Shown piece after piece: positions 25,607-32,417 of a stretch of 32,417 nt of DNA. The notes below the pieces were generated by a model. The model made no database searches. It saw only the letters and a program-made list of their open reading frames with translations, and had not been told where the DNA came from. Each line of letters starts with the position of its first letter. Within the stretch, counting starts at the first letter, position 1. A program made the position numbers and the translations under genes. Source of the stretch: an uncultured Thermodesulfobacteriota bacterium (lineage in GTDB: Bacteria; Desulfobacterota; B13-G15); the NCBI GenBank assembly GCA_964422255.1, contig CAYRAR010000002.1, forward strand, positions 1 to 32,417. The letters are read 5' to 3'.

Positions 25607-26226
25607 GGGGGTTCCTTCACTATCTCTATCAGCTCGATCAGATCCTCGATGTGATAATCCGCTCGAAGGGAAGGGTTCTTGTAAGCGACAAAAGGGACCT
25701 TCGCCTCGTGGGCCGCTTTCTCATCGGCAAAGGTATCCCCCACGAAGAGGGCCTCGTCAGCCCTTATCTTGAAATGGTCGATGATCTTCTCGAGAGAGTC
25801 GGGATAGGGCTTTGGCCTCTTGACATCGAGGGCCGATACCACCAGGTCGAAGTACTTGTCCAGCCCGTGGTAGGTGAGCACCTCACCGATGGTGTAGGTC
25901 CGGTTGGTGGAGATCGCCTTCTTCACCCCTTGGGGGAGGGCTTCCAGGACCTCCTTGAGATGGGGCTCGGGCCTCATCAGTTTGATGAAGGGGCGATAAT
26001 CTGTGCCCTTCCTTTTGCGATGGAAGGCCTCGATTTCGGCCATCTCCCTCCTCGAGAGGAGGAACTCCACGGCCTGATCGGCAGTGGAGGCATGCACGAA
26101 GGCCACCTCTTCCTCTCCGAGAGGAGGCAACCCCAGTTCCTGCAGGATGTGGTTGTAATAGGCGATATTTGCCTCCTTTGAGTCGAACATCACCCCATCG
26201 CAGTCGAAGATCACCACCTTTATCAT
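25603..26226 (-). CDS. HAD-IA family hydrolase (phosphatase)
   Basis: It has motif I (VIFDCDGVMFDS) and a later GD...D motif (FVGDTFADEKAA). Confidence 0.8.
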   Translation of the reverse strand: MIKVVIFDCDGVMFDSKEANIAYYNHILQELGLPPLGEEEVAFVHASTADQAVEFLLSRREMAEIEAFHRKRKGTDYRPFIKLMRPEPHLKEVLEALPQGVKKAISTNRTYTIGEVLTYHGLDKYFDLVVSALDVKRPKPYPDSLEKIIDHFKIRADEALFVGDTFADEKAAHEAKVPFVAYKNPSLRADYHIEDLIELIEIVKEPP

Positions 26227-27209
26227 CCCTGATTCCCTTCGAATTTGTCCGCCGCTTTCCGGAGCCGATCCATGATGGCCCTGCCCAGTCCGACCTCTGG
26301 GACCCTTTCGGCGTAAATGACCTCCACTCCTGACCTGTCCAGTCTCCTCAGGGCGGAAAAGAGGCGGTAGGCCGCCTCCACCAGATCCCCCCTCTCCGAG
26401 AGAACCTCCACCGCCGCATACCCCAGATCCCCCTCAGGAGGGGTGAAGGCGAGAAGGCCTGCCCTCATTCCCTGGGGGGCCTGGCAGCGCTCCTTGAGCA
26501 GCCGCAGAGGGGTCCTGGGGGCGTAATGGGAGGGGAGTTGCCCCGGGCTCTGGGGTGCGGTTGATGAGGAGGGTTCCTCTTTCACCTCTTCCCCGATGGT
26601 CATCTCTATCTCCTCGACCGGGACCCCTCCGGGACGAAGGAGCCTCGGGGGACCATCGACCAGGGATATGATGGTCGATTCTACCCCAACCGGGCACCTG
26701 CCACCGTCAAGGATCAAGGGGATCCGCTCCTCCAGCTGTTCCGCCACCTCTTCGGCCGAGGTGGGACTCAGGCGTCCGAAGAGGTTGGCGCTGGGGGCAG
26801 CGATGGGGGTCTTCGCTTCCTTTATTAAGGCCAGGGCCACGGGGTGAGAGGGCATCCTTACGGCCACGGTGGGGAGGCCGCTGGTGACTATATCAGGGAC
26901 GACCTCCCTTTTGGGGAGGACCAGGGTGAGGGGGCCGGGCCAGAAGCGCTCCGTAAGGGCCTCTACCCTTCTGTCCCCGGAGGAGGCGAGTTCTCGCCAA
27001 CCTTCCTTCTGGGCGATGTGGACGATGAGGGGGTCAAAGTGCGGGCGCTCCTTCACCTCGAAGATCCTGGCCACCGCCCGGGGGTTGAAGCAGTCAGCCC
27101 CCAGGCCGTACACCGTCTCCGTGGGGAAGGCCACGACCTCCCCCTTCCCTATCAATTCCGCCGCCGCAACTATCGCCTCCTGGGTGGCCTTCAGTATCTT
27201 AGCTCCCAT
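26223..27209 (-). CDS. tsaC: L-threonylcarbamoyladenylate synthase (YrdC plus Sua5 domains)
   Basis: It has the FPTETVYGLGA YrdC motif. The 328-aa length includes a C-terminal Sua5-type domain. Confidence 0.85.
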   Translation of the reverse strand: MGAKILKATQEAIVAAAELIGKGEVVAFPTETVYGLGADCFNPRAVARIFEVKERPHFDPLIVHIAQKEGWRELASSGDRRVEALTERFWPGPLTLVLPKREVVPDIVTSGLPTVAVRMPSHPVALALIKEAKTPIAAPSANLFGRLSPTSAEEVAEQLEERIPLILDGGRCPVGVESTIISLVDGPPRLLRPGGVPVEEIEMTIGEEVKEEPSSSTAPQSPGQLPSHYAPRTPLRLLKERCQAPQGMRAGLLAFTPPEGDLGYAAVEVLSERGDLVEAAYRLFSALRRLDRSGVEVIYAERVPEVGLGRAIMDRLRKAADKFEGNQG

Positions 27210-27239
27210 CGTTTCTGCATAGTGAATTAGGACGAACTA

Positions 27240-27269
27240 TTTATAACAGCATGAATAATCTCTGTGTAA
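27240..27269 (-). promoter_or_regulatory. candidate sigma70-type promoter for tsaC
   Basis: On the minus strand: TTACAC-N18-TATAAA, about 30 nt upstream of the tsaC ATG. This rests on a sequence match only, and the SD is weak. Confidence 0.25.
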
Positions 27270-27288
27270 GGGAGGCTTGGGACTTTGC

Positions 27289-27492
27289 TCACAAAACCAG
27301 TTCCTTTACCAGTGCCCCTTCCTCAATTACCCAGTCGTCCTCCACAGGTTCAAGGTAGAGTTTTACGGCTTCCTTTATGTTTTTTTAACGCTCCTCTATC
27401 GTTTCCCCTTCGCTGATGCAGCCAGGAAGGGCGGGCACATAAACCGTATATCCGCCTTCCTCACCGGGTTCCAGTACGACTTTGAATTTCAT
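27289..27492 (-). pseudogene. HicB-family (UPF0150) antitoxin-like gene interrupted by one in-frame TAA
   Basis: Hand translation of the minus strand gives MKFKVVLEPGEEGGYTVYVPALPGCISEGETIEER*KNIKEAVKLYLEPVEDDWVIEEGALVKELVL*. An SD (GGGAGG) lies upstream. The stop at 27385-27387 sits where family members have a hydrophobic residue, so TTA to TAA would explain it. The gene is missing from the ORF track because both halves are short. Confidence 0.6.
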
Positions 27493-27516
27493 TCGCAATT
27501 TTCCTCCCTTTTAATT

Positions 27517-28887
27517 TTATTGTCTTTTACGGTATCCGCTCAATAGATACCGGAGGATCACCCCGTGGGAGAGGAGGCCCAGGAGGGCCATCGCCTCGAA
27601 GGGGCGGTTGAGGATGGCCCCTACGAAGATGCCGAAAAGGCGCAGGTCCCTCTTGCTCACCTTGTCCCAGATATCGTGGGGCAACTTTCGCCCATACCGC
27701 AACGAGAATTCCTTTTTGGTGTAGCTTACGAGGGCAAAACCCAGGAGGGAGATCACCCCCCACGCCCAGGTGCTTGCCTCCGGGAAGGAGAGCCAGTGCC
27801 CGTAGGTTATCCCCGCCACGATCGCCCCATCGGAGTACCTGTCGAGCAAGGTATCCATCCACCCCCCATAAGGGCTTGAAGAGAATTTCAGGCGAGCGAC
27901 CTCGCCATCGCAACCATCGGCAATCGAGGCGAGCTGGACCAGCAACCCGGCCACCAACGTCCAGAAATATCCCCCTATCCCGAAGAGGAAGGCCCCCAGA
28001 AGGGCCACTGAAAAGCTCAACAGGCTGATCCTGTTTGGGGTGAGGGAGGTATCCACCAGCCTTGCCGTCATCCTTCGGGAGAGGGGGCGGTTGAGGTAAC
28101 GGGAGATGAAGCCGTCCTCCTCTTCCTTCCCCAGTCCCTTGAGGAGGGCTTCCTTCGCATGCCCCAGATCCTCGGGGGTGTCTATGTCGGTCCAGAAACG
28201 TCCCCCTACCTTCACTGCCTGGATCTTTCCCCTCTCTATCAGCTTACGGATCCCCGCGCTGAGGGAGCTGTCCCCCTCTTTACGGGCCTCCCTCAGGGCA
28301 TCGAAGATGGGAGGCTTGCAGAGAAAGAGGCCCGTATCTACGGCATCAAAAGGGGCTATCCCCTTCCCTATGGCCACAGGCCTTTCCCCCTCGAGGCGGA
28401 CCTTGGTCGCCTCATCGAGGTCGAATATCCGATCCAGCTCCTCATCGACGGCCATAAGGGAGGTGTCGGTCCCATCGTCTGCCTCCATGAGGCGCCTTAA
28501 GATCTGGTGGTCGAAGACGTGATCACACATGGCAAGGAGAAAGGGGCCAGAGAGATGTTCCGAGGCAGCGAGGACCGAGGTGCCGTTTTCCTCCTCCCAG
28601 TGGGGGTTCTCCACGACCCGGATGGAGAGGCCGTGGCGGCGCTCCATCTCCTCTATATGAGAGATCACCTTCTCCTTGCCGTATCCCACCACCACGTAAA
28701 ATTCCTCAACCCCTGCCTCCCTTGCCGAGAGTACGGCCCTCTCGAGCAGTGTGAGCCCCAGGAGCCTGGTGAGGGGTTTTGGCTCCCCGTCCGCCTTCTT
28801 CAGCCTGCTGCCGCGGCCTGCGGCCAGGATCACGATGGGATATCCCTTTTCCTTCTCTACTCTCGGAGCCTTCATCTCAAGGCCCAT
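27517..28887 (-). CDS. bifunctional CTP:inositol-1-phosphate cytidylyltransferase / di-myo-inositol-1,3'-phosphate-1'-phosphate synthase (IPCT/DIPPS)
   Basis: The N-terminal half is an NTP-transferase domain (ILAAGRGSRL..KPL, ATKVRLE..IGKGI..FDAVDTGLF, FWTDIDTPEDL). A GFISRYLNRPLS linker follows. The C-terminal half is a CDP-alcohol phosphatidyltransferase domain (DGCDGEVAR...GGWMDTLLDRYSD). As I recall it, the protein closely resembles Archaeoglobus AF0263. The start is the Met at 28887, or alternatively 28875. The remainder of the 655-aa track ORF is antisense to gspG/gspH. Confidence 0.85.
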   Translation of the reverse strand: MGLEMKAPRVEKEKGYPIVILAAGRGSRLKKADGEPKPLTRLLGLTLLERAVLSAREAGVEEFYVVVGYGKEKVISHIEEMERRHGLSIRVVENPHWEEENGTSVLAASEHLSGPFLLAMCDHVFDHQILRRLMEADDGTDTSLMAVDEELDRIFDLDEATKVRLEGERPVAIGKGIAPFDAVDTGLFLCKPPIFDALREARKEGDSSLSAGIRKLIERGKIQAVKVGGRFWTDIDTPEDLGHAKEALLKGLGKEEEDGFISRYLNRPLSRRMTARLVDTSLTPNRISLLSFSVALLGAFLFGIGGYFWTLVAGLLVQLASIADGCDGEVARLKFSSSPYGGWMDTLLDRYSDGAIVAGITYGHWLSFPEASTWAWGVISLLGFALVSYTKKEFSLRYGRKLPHDIWDKVSKRDLRLFGIFVGAILNRPFEAMALLGLLSHGVILRYLLSGYRKRQ

Positions 28888-28907
28888 CCAAAATACAATA
28901 GCCTTTT

Positions 28908-28936
28908 TTGTTTTACAACCCGCCGGGAAATATAAT
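28908..28936 (+). promoter_or_regulatory. candidate sigma70-type promoter for the gsp pseudopilin operon
   Basis: TTGTTT-N17-TATAAT lies in the AT-rich divergent intergenic region, about 45 nt upstream of the gspG ATG. This rests on a sequence match only. Confidence 0.3.
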
Positions 28937-28980
28937 AAAATAAATGAGACTTTTTCCGAATAAAGTTTATGAGGACGGAG

Positions 28981-29421
28981 ATGGAGGGTCACAGGAGAAA
29001 GGGTTTTACCCTTATAGAGCTGATGGTCGTCGTGGTGATCCTGGGGATCCTGGCCGGCCTGATCATCCCCCGGATCATGGGGAGGCCGGAGGAGGCCCGC
29101 AGGCTGAAGGCCAAGTTGCAAATACAGCAGCTGGAGCAGGCCCTTAAGCTCTATTATCTCGACAACGGCATGTATCCGACCACGGAACAGGGGCTCCAGG
29201 CCCTGGTGGAGAAGCCCACCATCGAGCCCATCCCCAAGAACTGGAGGGAAGGGGGATACCTGGAGAAGGGCAAGGTTCCCCTCGACCCCTGGGGCAATCC
29301 CTATGTTTACATATCCCCGGGGATCCACAACAAGGACTTCGACCTCGAGTCCTACGGGGCCGATGGTGAGGACGGGGGCGAAGGGAAGTATGCCGACATC
29401 GAGAACTGGAACCTGGATTAA
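28981..29421 (+). CDS. gspG: type II secretion system major pseudopilin GspG
   Basis: The prepilin leader MEGHRRKG precedes [17 protein letters not shown], and the GspG motifs ([28 protein letters not shown]) are present. An SD (GAGGACGGAG) lies immediately before the ATG at 28981. Confidence 0.9.
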   Translation: MEGHRRKGFTLIELMVVVVILGILAGLIIPRIMGRPEEARRLKAKLQIQQLEQALKLYYLDNGMYPTTEQGLQALVEKPTIEPIPKNWREGGYLEKGKVPLDPWGNPYVYISPGIHNKDFDLESYGADGEDGGEGKYADIENWNLD

Positions 29422-29905
29422 GGCCTTTACTCTCCTGGAGCTGGTGGTGGTCCTGTTCCTCCTCGCTCTCTTTGCCACCCTCACCGTCCCCAGGCTTCAG
29501 GCCTTCCTCTCATCGGGGAATACGGACAAGGCGATAAGGCAGATAAGGGGCCTGGCTCTATATCTCTCACAGATGGCCGTATCGAAGCGAGCGGTCTATC
29601 GCCTGAACTATGACCTCAAAGAGGGGAGATGCTGGGTGAGCCGGATGGACCAGCAAGGAGAGTTCATCGAGGAGAGGGAGATGTTGAGCCGCCCCCTGTA
29701 CCTCCCCCATGGGGTGAGGTTTATCGACGTGATCACCCCCCGGGGGATGCAGAAGGAGGGGACCGCCTACACCGAGTTCTTTCCCACCGGCTGGGTTGAG
29801 AGGACCCTGATCCACCTCGAGGGCAATTACAAAGCCACCCTCAAGCTCCTCCCCCTCATCGGAGAGGTCAGGGTATACGAGGGGTACGTAACGGAGGAGG
29901 AATGA
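29390..29905 (+). CDS. gspH: minor pseudopilin, GspH-like
   Basis: [20 protein letters not shown] is a class III signal-like N-terminus, and the size and position fit GspH. The nearest ATG (29390, preceded by GAAGGGAAG) lies 32 nt inside gspG. Confidence 0.6.
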   Translation: MPTSRTGTWIKAFTLLELVVVLFLLALFATLTVPRLQAFLSSGNTDKAIRQIRGLALYLSQMAVSKRAVYRLNYDLKEGRCWVSRMDQQGEFIEEREMLSRPLYLPHGVRFIDVITPRGMQKEGTAYTEFFPTGWVERTLIHLEGNYKATLKLLPLIGEVRVYEGYVTEEE

Positions 29906-30258
29906 GGAAGGGGTTCACCCTGCTTGAGGTAATGGTGGCCCTGGCGATCCTGGCCACCGCTCTGGTGATCTTGCTCTCTCACCAGGCGGCGAGCATCTCC
30001 CTGGGAAATGAGGCCCGGGTCCTAACAAAGGCGACCCTCATCGCCCAGGAGAGGATGGCCGAGCTGATGGCAAGGCGAGATCTCAGGGTGGGGGAGGAGG
30101 CGGGAGAGGTGGAGGACATCCCTCCCTTCAGGTGGAGGACGACGGTGACCGAGGCGGAGAGGGAGGGGATGCTCCGGTTGAGGGTCGTCGTGGACTGGAA
30201 GGAGGGGGAGAGGGGGAGGAAGGTGGAGCTTACGGCCTATGTATGCTCGAAGAGATAA
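29902..30258 (+). CDS. gspI: minor pseudopilin GspI
   Basis: The [18 protein letters not shown] leader and N-terminus, the 118-aa length and the operon position fit GspI. Confidence 0.7.
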   Translation: MRKGFTLLEVMVALAILATALVILLSHQAASISLGNEARVLTKATLIAQERMAELMARRDLRVGEEAGEVEDIPPFRWRTTVTEAEREGMLRLRVVVDWKEGERGRKVELTAYVCSKR

Positions 30259-30880
30259 GGGCTTTACCCTCGTTGAGGTCCTGGTGGTCGCTTCGATCCT
30301 GGTGGTGGTGATGGGAATCGTTTACGGCTCCCTTTCCGCAAGCCTCAGGAGCAAGGAGATATGCGAGGAGGGGGTGGAGGCTTACAGACGCGGAAGGCTC
30401 ATCCTTGAGCGGATGAGCCGGGAGATAAGCTCTGCCTACATCCCCATAGGGATAAACTTGCCCGACGTCAAATACATCTTTCGGGGGGAGGACGGTGAGG
30501 AGGACGGTTTCCCGCGGGACACCCTCAATTTCACCTCAACGGCCCTGCCCATAGAAGGCCTTCCCCATGGTGTGAAGGAGGTGGGCTTCTACATCGCTCC
30601 GGACCCCGAGACGGGAAAACCCGTCCTCTTCCTGAGGGAGGACACCACCTGCGATGATGACCCAGAAGGGGGAGGGAAGCGCTATCTCCTGGGGAGGGGG
30701 GTTTCGGGACTGGACTTCACCTATTACGACTCCCAGGGGCGGGAGTGGAGGGTCTGGGACTCTACCTATACCCCCCTGGGGGTGGAGCTGCCGAGGATGG
30801 TGAAGATATCCCTCTTTTTAGAGGATAAAAGGGGAGAGGTCATCCTCCTCAGTACCAAGGTGAGGATACCTCAGGGGTAG
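30239..30880 (+). CDS. gspJ: minor pseudopilin GspJ-like
   Basis: The RRDKGFTLVEVLVVASIL leader, the 213-aa length and the position between gspI and gspK fit GspJ. Confidence 0.65.
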   Translation: MYARRDKGFTLVEVLVVASILVVVMGIVYGSLSASLRSKEICEEGVEAYRRGRLILERMSREISSAYIPIGINLPDVKYIFRGEDGEEDGFPRDTLNFTSTALPIEGLPHGVKEVGFYIAPDPETGKPVLFLREDTTCDDDPEGGGKRYLLGRGVSGLDFTYYDSQGREWRVWDSTYTPLGVELPRMVKISLFLEDKRGEVILLSTKVRIPQG

Positions 30881-30882
30881 AG

Positions 30883-31824
30883 ATGCTCAGGGACAGAAAG
30901 GGAGTGGCCCTCATACTGGTGCTTGTGGTGATCGTTCTGATGGTCGGGCTGGTGGTCGAGTTCAGCTACAACATGAAGGTGGATGTCACCCTTGCCGCCA
31001 ACCAGAGGGACGAGCTTAAGGCCTACCTCATCGCCCTCTCCGGTGCAGAGCTGGCAAAGCTCATCCTGATGGAGGATGACCCTTCTTATGATGCCCTGGA
31101 CGAGGAGTGGGCCCACTTTCAGGAGATGCCGGGGACCATATCCGAAGGGGATGAGGGTAGGTTCAAGGGGATGATATTCGACGAGGCCGCCCTTTTTCCC
31201 ATCAACGCCCTCATAGGGGATGACGGGAAGGCGGATGAGGCGAGGCTGAGGCAACTCGAGAGGCTCTTTGATCTCCTGGGGATTGATCCTCAGTTGATAG
31301 ACGCCATCCTCGACTGGCTCGATCCGGACGACGCTCCCAGGCCCTTCGGTGCTGAAGACCCTTACTATCAGGGCCTCTCCTCCCCTTACCCCTGTAAGGA
31401 CGGCCCCTTCATCACCCCGGAGGAGCTCATCCTGGTGAAGGGGATGAAGAGGGAGCTGCTTTACGGGGAGGAGGGTAGGGCAGGGCTCATCAACTATCTC
31501 TCCACCTTCTCCGATGGGAAGATCAACGTGAACACGGCCCCCCCAATCATCCTTCAGACCCTCTCGGACGGGATAGATGAGGTGATCGCCGACACGATCG
31601 TCTCCTACAGGGAGAGGGAGCCCTTCCTCAGCCCGGGGGACCTGCAGAAGGTCCCCGGGATAACCCACGAGGTGTATGAGGAGATCAAGGATTACATAAC
31701 CACAAAGTCCTCCGTGTTCTCCATCCGCGTAGAGGGGGAGGTGAGGGATATAAGGAGGGCGGTTCTGATGGTGGTGAGGAGGGACCCGATAGGGTTCAGC
31801 ACCCTCTTCTGGAGGGCAGAGTAG
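30883..31824 (+). CDS. gspK: minor pseudopilin GspK
   Basis: It has the KGVALILVLVV N-terminus and the motifs DEAALFPINAL, LDWLDPDD..FGAEDPYY, PFITPEELILVKGM and KINVNTAP, all typical of GspK. Confidence 0.75.
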   Translation: MLRDRKGVALILVLVVIVLMVGLVVEFSYNMKVDVTLAANQRDELKAYLIALSGAELAKLILMEDDPSYDALDEEWAHFQEMPGTISEGDEGRFKGMIFDEAALFPINALIGDDGKADEARLRQLERLFDLLGIDPQLIDAILDWLDPDDAPRPFGAEDPYYQGLSSPYPCKDGPFITPEELILVKGMKRELLYGEEGRAGLINYLSTFSDGKINVNTAPPIILQTLSDGIDEVIADTIVSYREREPFLSPGDLQKVPGITHEVYEEIKDYITTKSSVFSIRVEGEVRDIRRAVLMVVRRDPIGFSTLFWRAE

Positions 31825-31827
31825 GAG

Positions 31828-32417
31828 ATGGGCATCTACGTCCCCAGATGCAGGCTGGTGGGGGTGGACATTGGCTCCAGGGCCATAAAGGTGATCCATC
31901 TCACCACATCTCTGACCGATTTCAAAGTCACCGCCTTTTTTGTGAAGAAGCGGAGCGAGGGGCCCCTTGAGCGCCTCGTCGATGACATTCGCTTCCTCAA
32001 GGAGCGAGGGGCCCTGGAGGGCGACTTCCTGGCGGTCTCCTTCCCCAGCGACAGGGCCCTCTTCAGGACGGCAGACCTCCCCTTCTCCCAGTTGAGCAAG
32101 ATAAGGGCCACGATTCGCTACGAGGCCGAAGACACCATGATCTCGTCCTTGGAGGAGATGGTCGTCGACTTCTCCCTCCTCGAGAGGAGGACGGACGGAA
32201 GCTCAGTGCTGATAACCTGTGTGCCGAGGGATGACCTCGAGCGTTACGTTGGGGCGATAAGGGAGGGGGGAGCCCTTCCGGACGTGGTGGATGTGGATGC
32301 CCTGGCCCTCGCCTCCCTGATGGAGGAGCTGAGCGGGGAGGGGGGAGTGGCCCTGATCGATGTGGGAGGGAGCAAGGTTTCCCTTTTGATCTTTCAGGAT
32401 GGGAGGTTGCACCTGAT
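31828..32417 (+). CDS. PilM/GspL-like actin-fold assembly protein (3' end beyond window)
   Basis: Hand-translated from the ATG at 31828: MGIYVPRCRLVGVDIGSRAIKVIHL...VALIDVGGSKVSLLIFQDGRLHL. The frame has no stop up to the window end. The DIGS and DVGG phosphate-binding motifs are of the PilM type. Confidence 0.65.
   Translation, partial: MGIYVPRCRLVGVDIGSRAIKVIHLTTSLTDFKVTAFFVKKRSEGPLERLVDDIRFLKERGALEGDFLAVSFPSDRALFRTADLPFSQLSKIRATIRYEAEDTMISSLEEMVVDFSLLERRTDGSSVLITCVPRDDLERYVGAIREGGALPDVVDVDALALASLMEELSGEGGVALIDVGGSKVSLLIFQDGRLHL

Noticed and set aside
27385-27387. Programmed recoding or read-through of the in-frame TAA in the HicB-like gene.
   Set aside because: TAA is used as an ordinary stop elsewhere in the window (def, fmt, gspG). 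The A-run cannot rescue an in-frame stop by slippage. A nonsense mutation or a sequencing error is simpler.
27277-27546. An 89-aa plus-strand ORF in the tsaC to IPCT/DIPPS spacer.
   Set aside because: The opposite strand encodes a recognisable HicB-like sequence with an SD. The plus-strand product is a low-complexity F/L/Y-rich peptide with no SD.
27517-29484. The 655-aa ORF in the track, taken as one protein.
   Set aside because: Only residues from about Met200 onward resemble a real protein (IPCT/DIPPS). The first ~199 codons are low-complexity (R/P/G/L/H/D/Q-rich), lie exactly antisense to gspG and the start of gspH, and span the AT-rich promoter region. They are an antisense shadow extension.
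30871-31899. A 342-aa minus-strand ORF covering the whole of gspK.
   Set aside because: It is antisense to a gene with clear GspK motifs. Its composition (H/P/G/L/V/D-rich) is typical of the reverse complement of GAG/GAA/AAG-rich coding sequence. It has no SD and no recognisable domain.
1-32417. CRISPR arrays, tRNA/rRNA genes, IS elements, integrases and defence-system hallmarks (reverse transcriptase, TIR, cyclase, restriction enzymes).
   Set aside because: I scanned the intergenic regions and the ORF products. There are no regularly spaced repeats, cloverleaf-like sequences, transposase or integrase motifs, or defence domains. The only repeat seen is the 2 x 10-nt tandem at 11933-11952.

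Overview
This is a densely packed, GC-rich bacterial chromosomal segment. Hand counts of sample lines give roughly 52-62% G+C. It probably comes from a thermophilic diderm. That is an inference from three things: very E/K/R-rich proteins, a fused IPCT/DIPPS gene for di-myo-inositol phosphate, and the presence of Lgt/LspA with a type II secretion pseudopilin operon. I can support about 38 protein genes. Intergenic space is minimal and many gene junctions overlap by 1-32 nt.

Gene order, left to right:
- An 8-gene minus-strand string: DUF3568-like lipoprotein, class-II-type purE, long purC, MBL-fold protein, CxxC-less Mrp/MinD ATPase, nitroreductase, zinc-ribbon Nudix, radical SAM with a wHTH tail.
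- A secreted SNase plus lamin-tail-domain nuclease.
- ileS-lspA-lgt-def-fmt.
- A ~0.55 kb low-GC islet with one orphan exported-protein gene.
- htpX-rsmB, convergent with rimO.
- TPR lipoprotein-tmk-holB-PSP1/RicT-metG-SDR-DegT aminotransferase-DUF721, convergent with larC.
- ABM protein, convergent with HAD hydrolase and tsaC/sua5.
- A HicB-like antitoxin remnant with one in-frame TAA.
- IPCT/DIPPS, divergent from gspG-H-I-J-K and a PilM/GspL-like gene that runs off the window.

I found no rRNA, tRNA, CRISPR array, transposase or integrase. Most long ORFs antisense to these genes are shadows of purine-rich codon usage.

I do not see a clear-cut novel multi-gene system. The best leads are the low-GC orphan gene, the uncharacterised five-gene block coupled to purEC, the SDR that appears to lack the catalytic Tyr, the unfused PAICS-like purE/purC pair and the HicB remnant.
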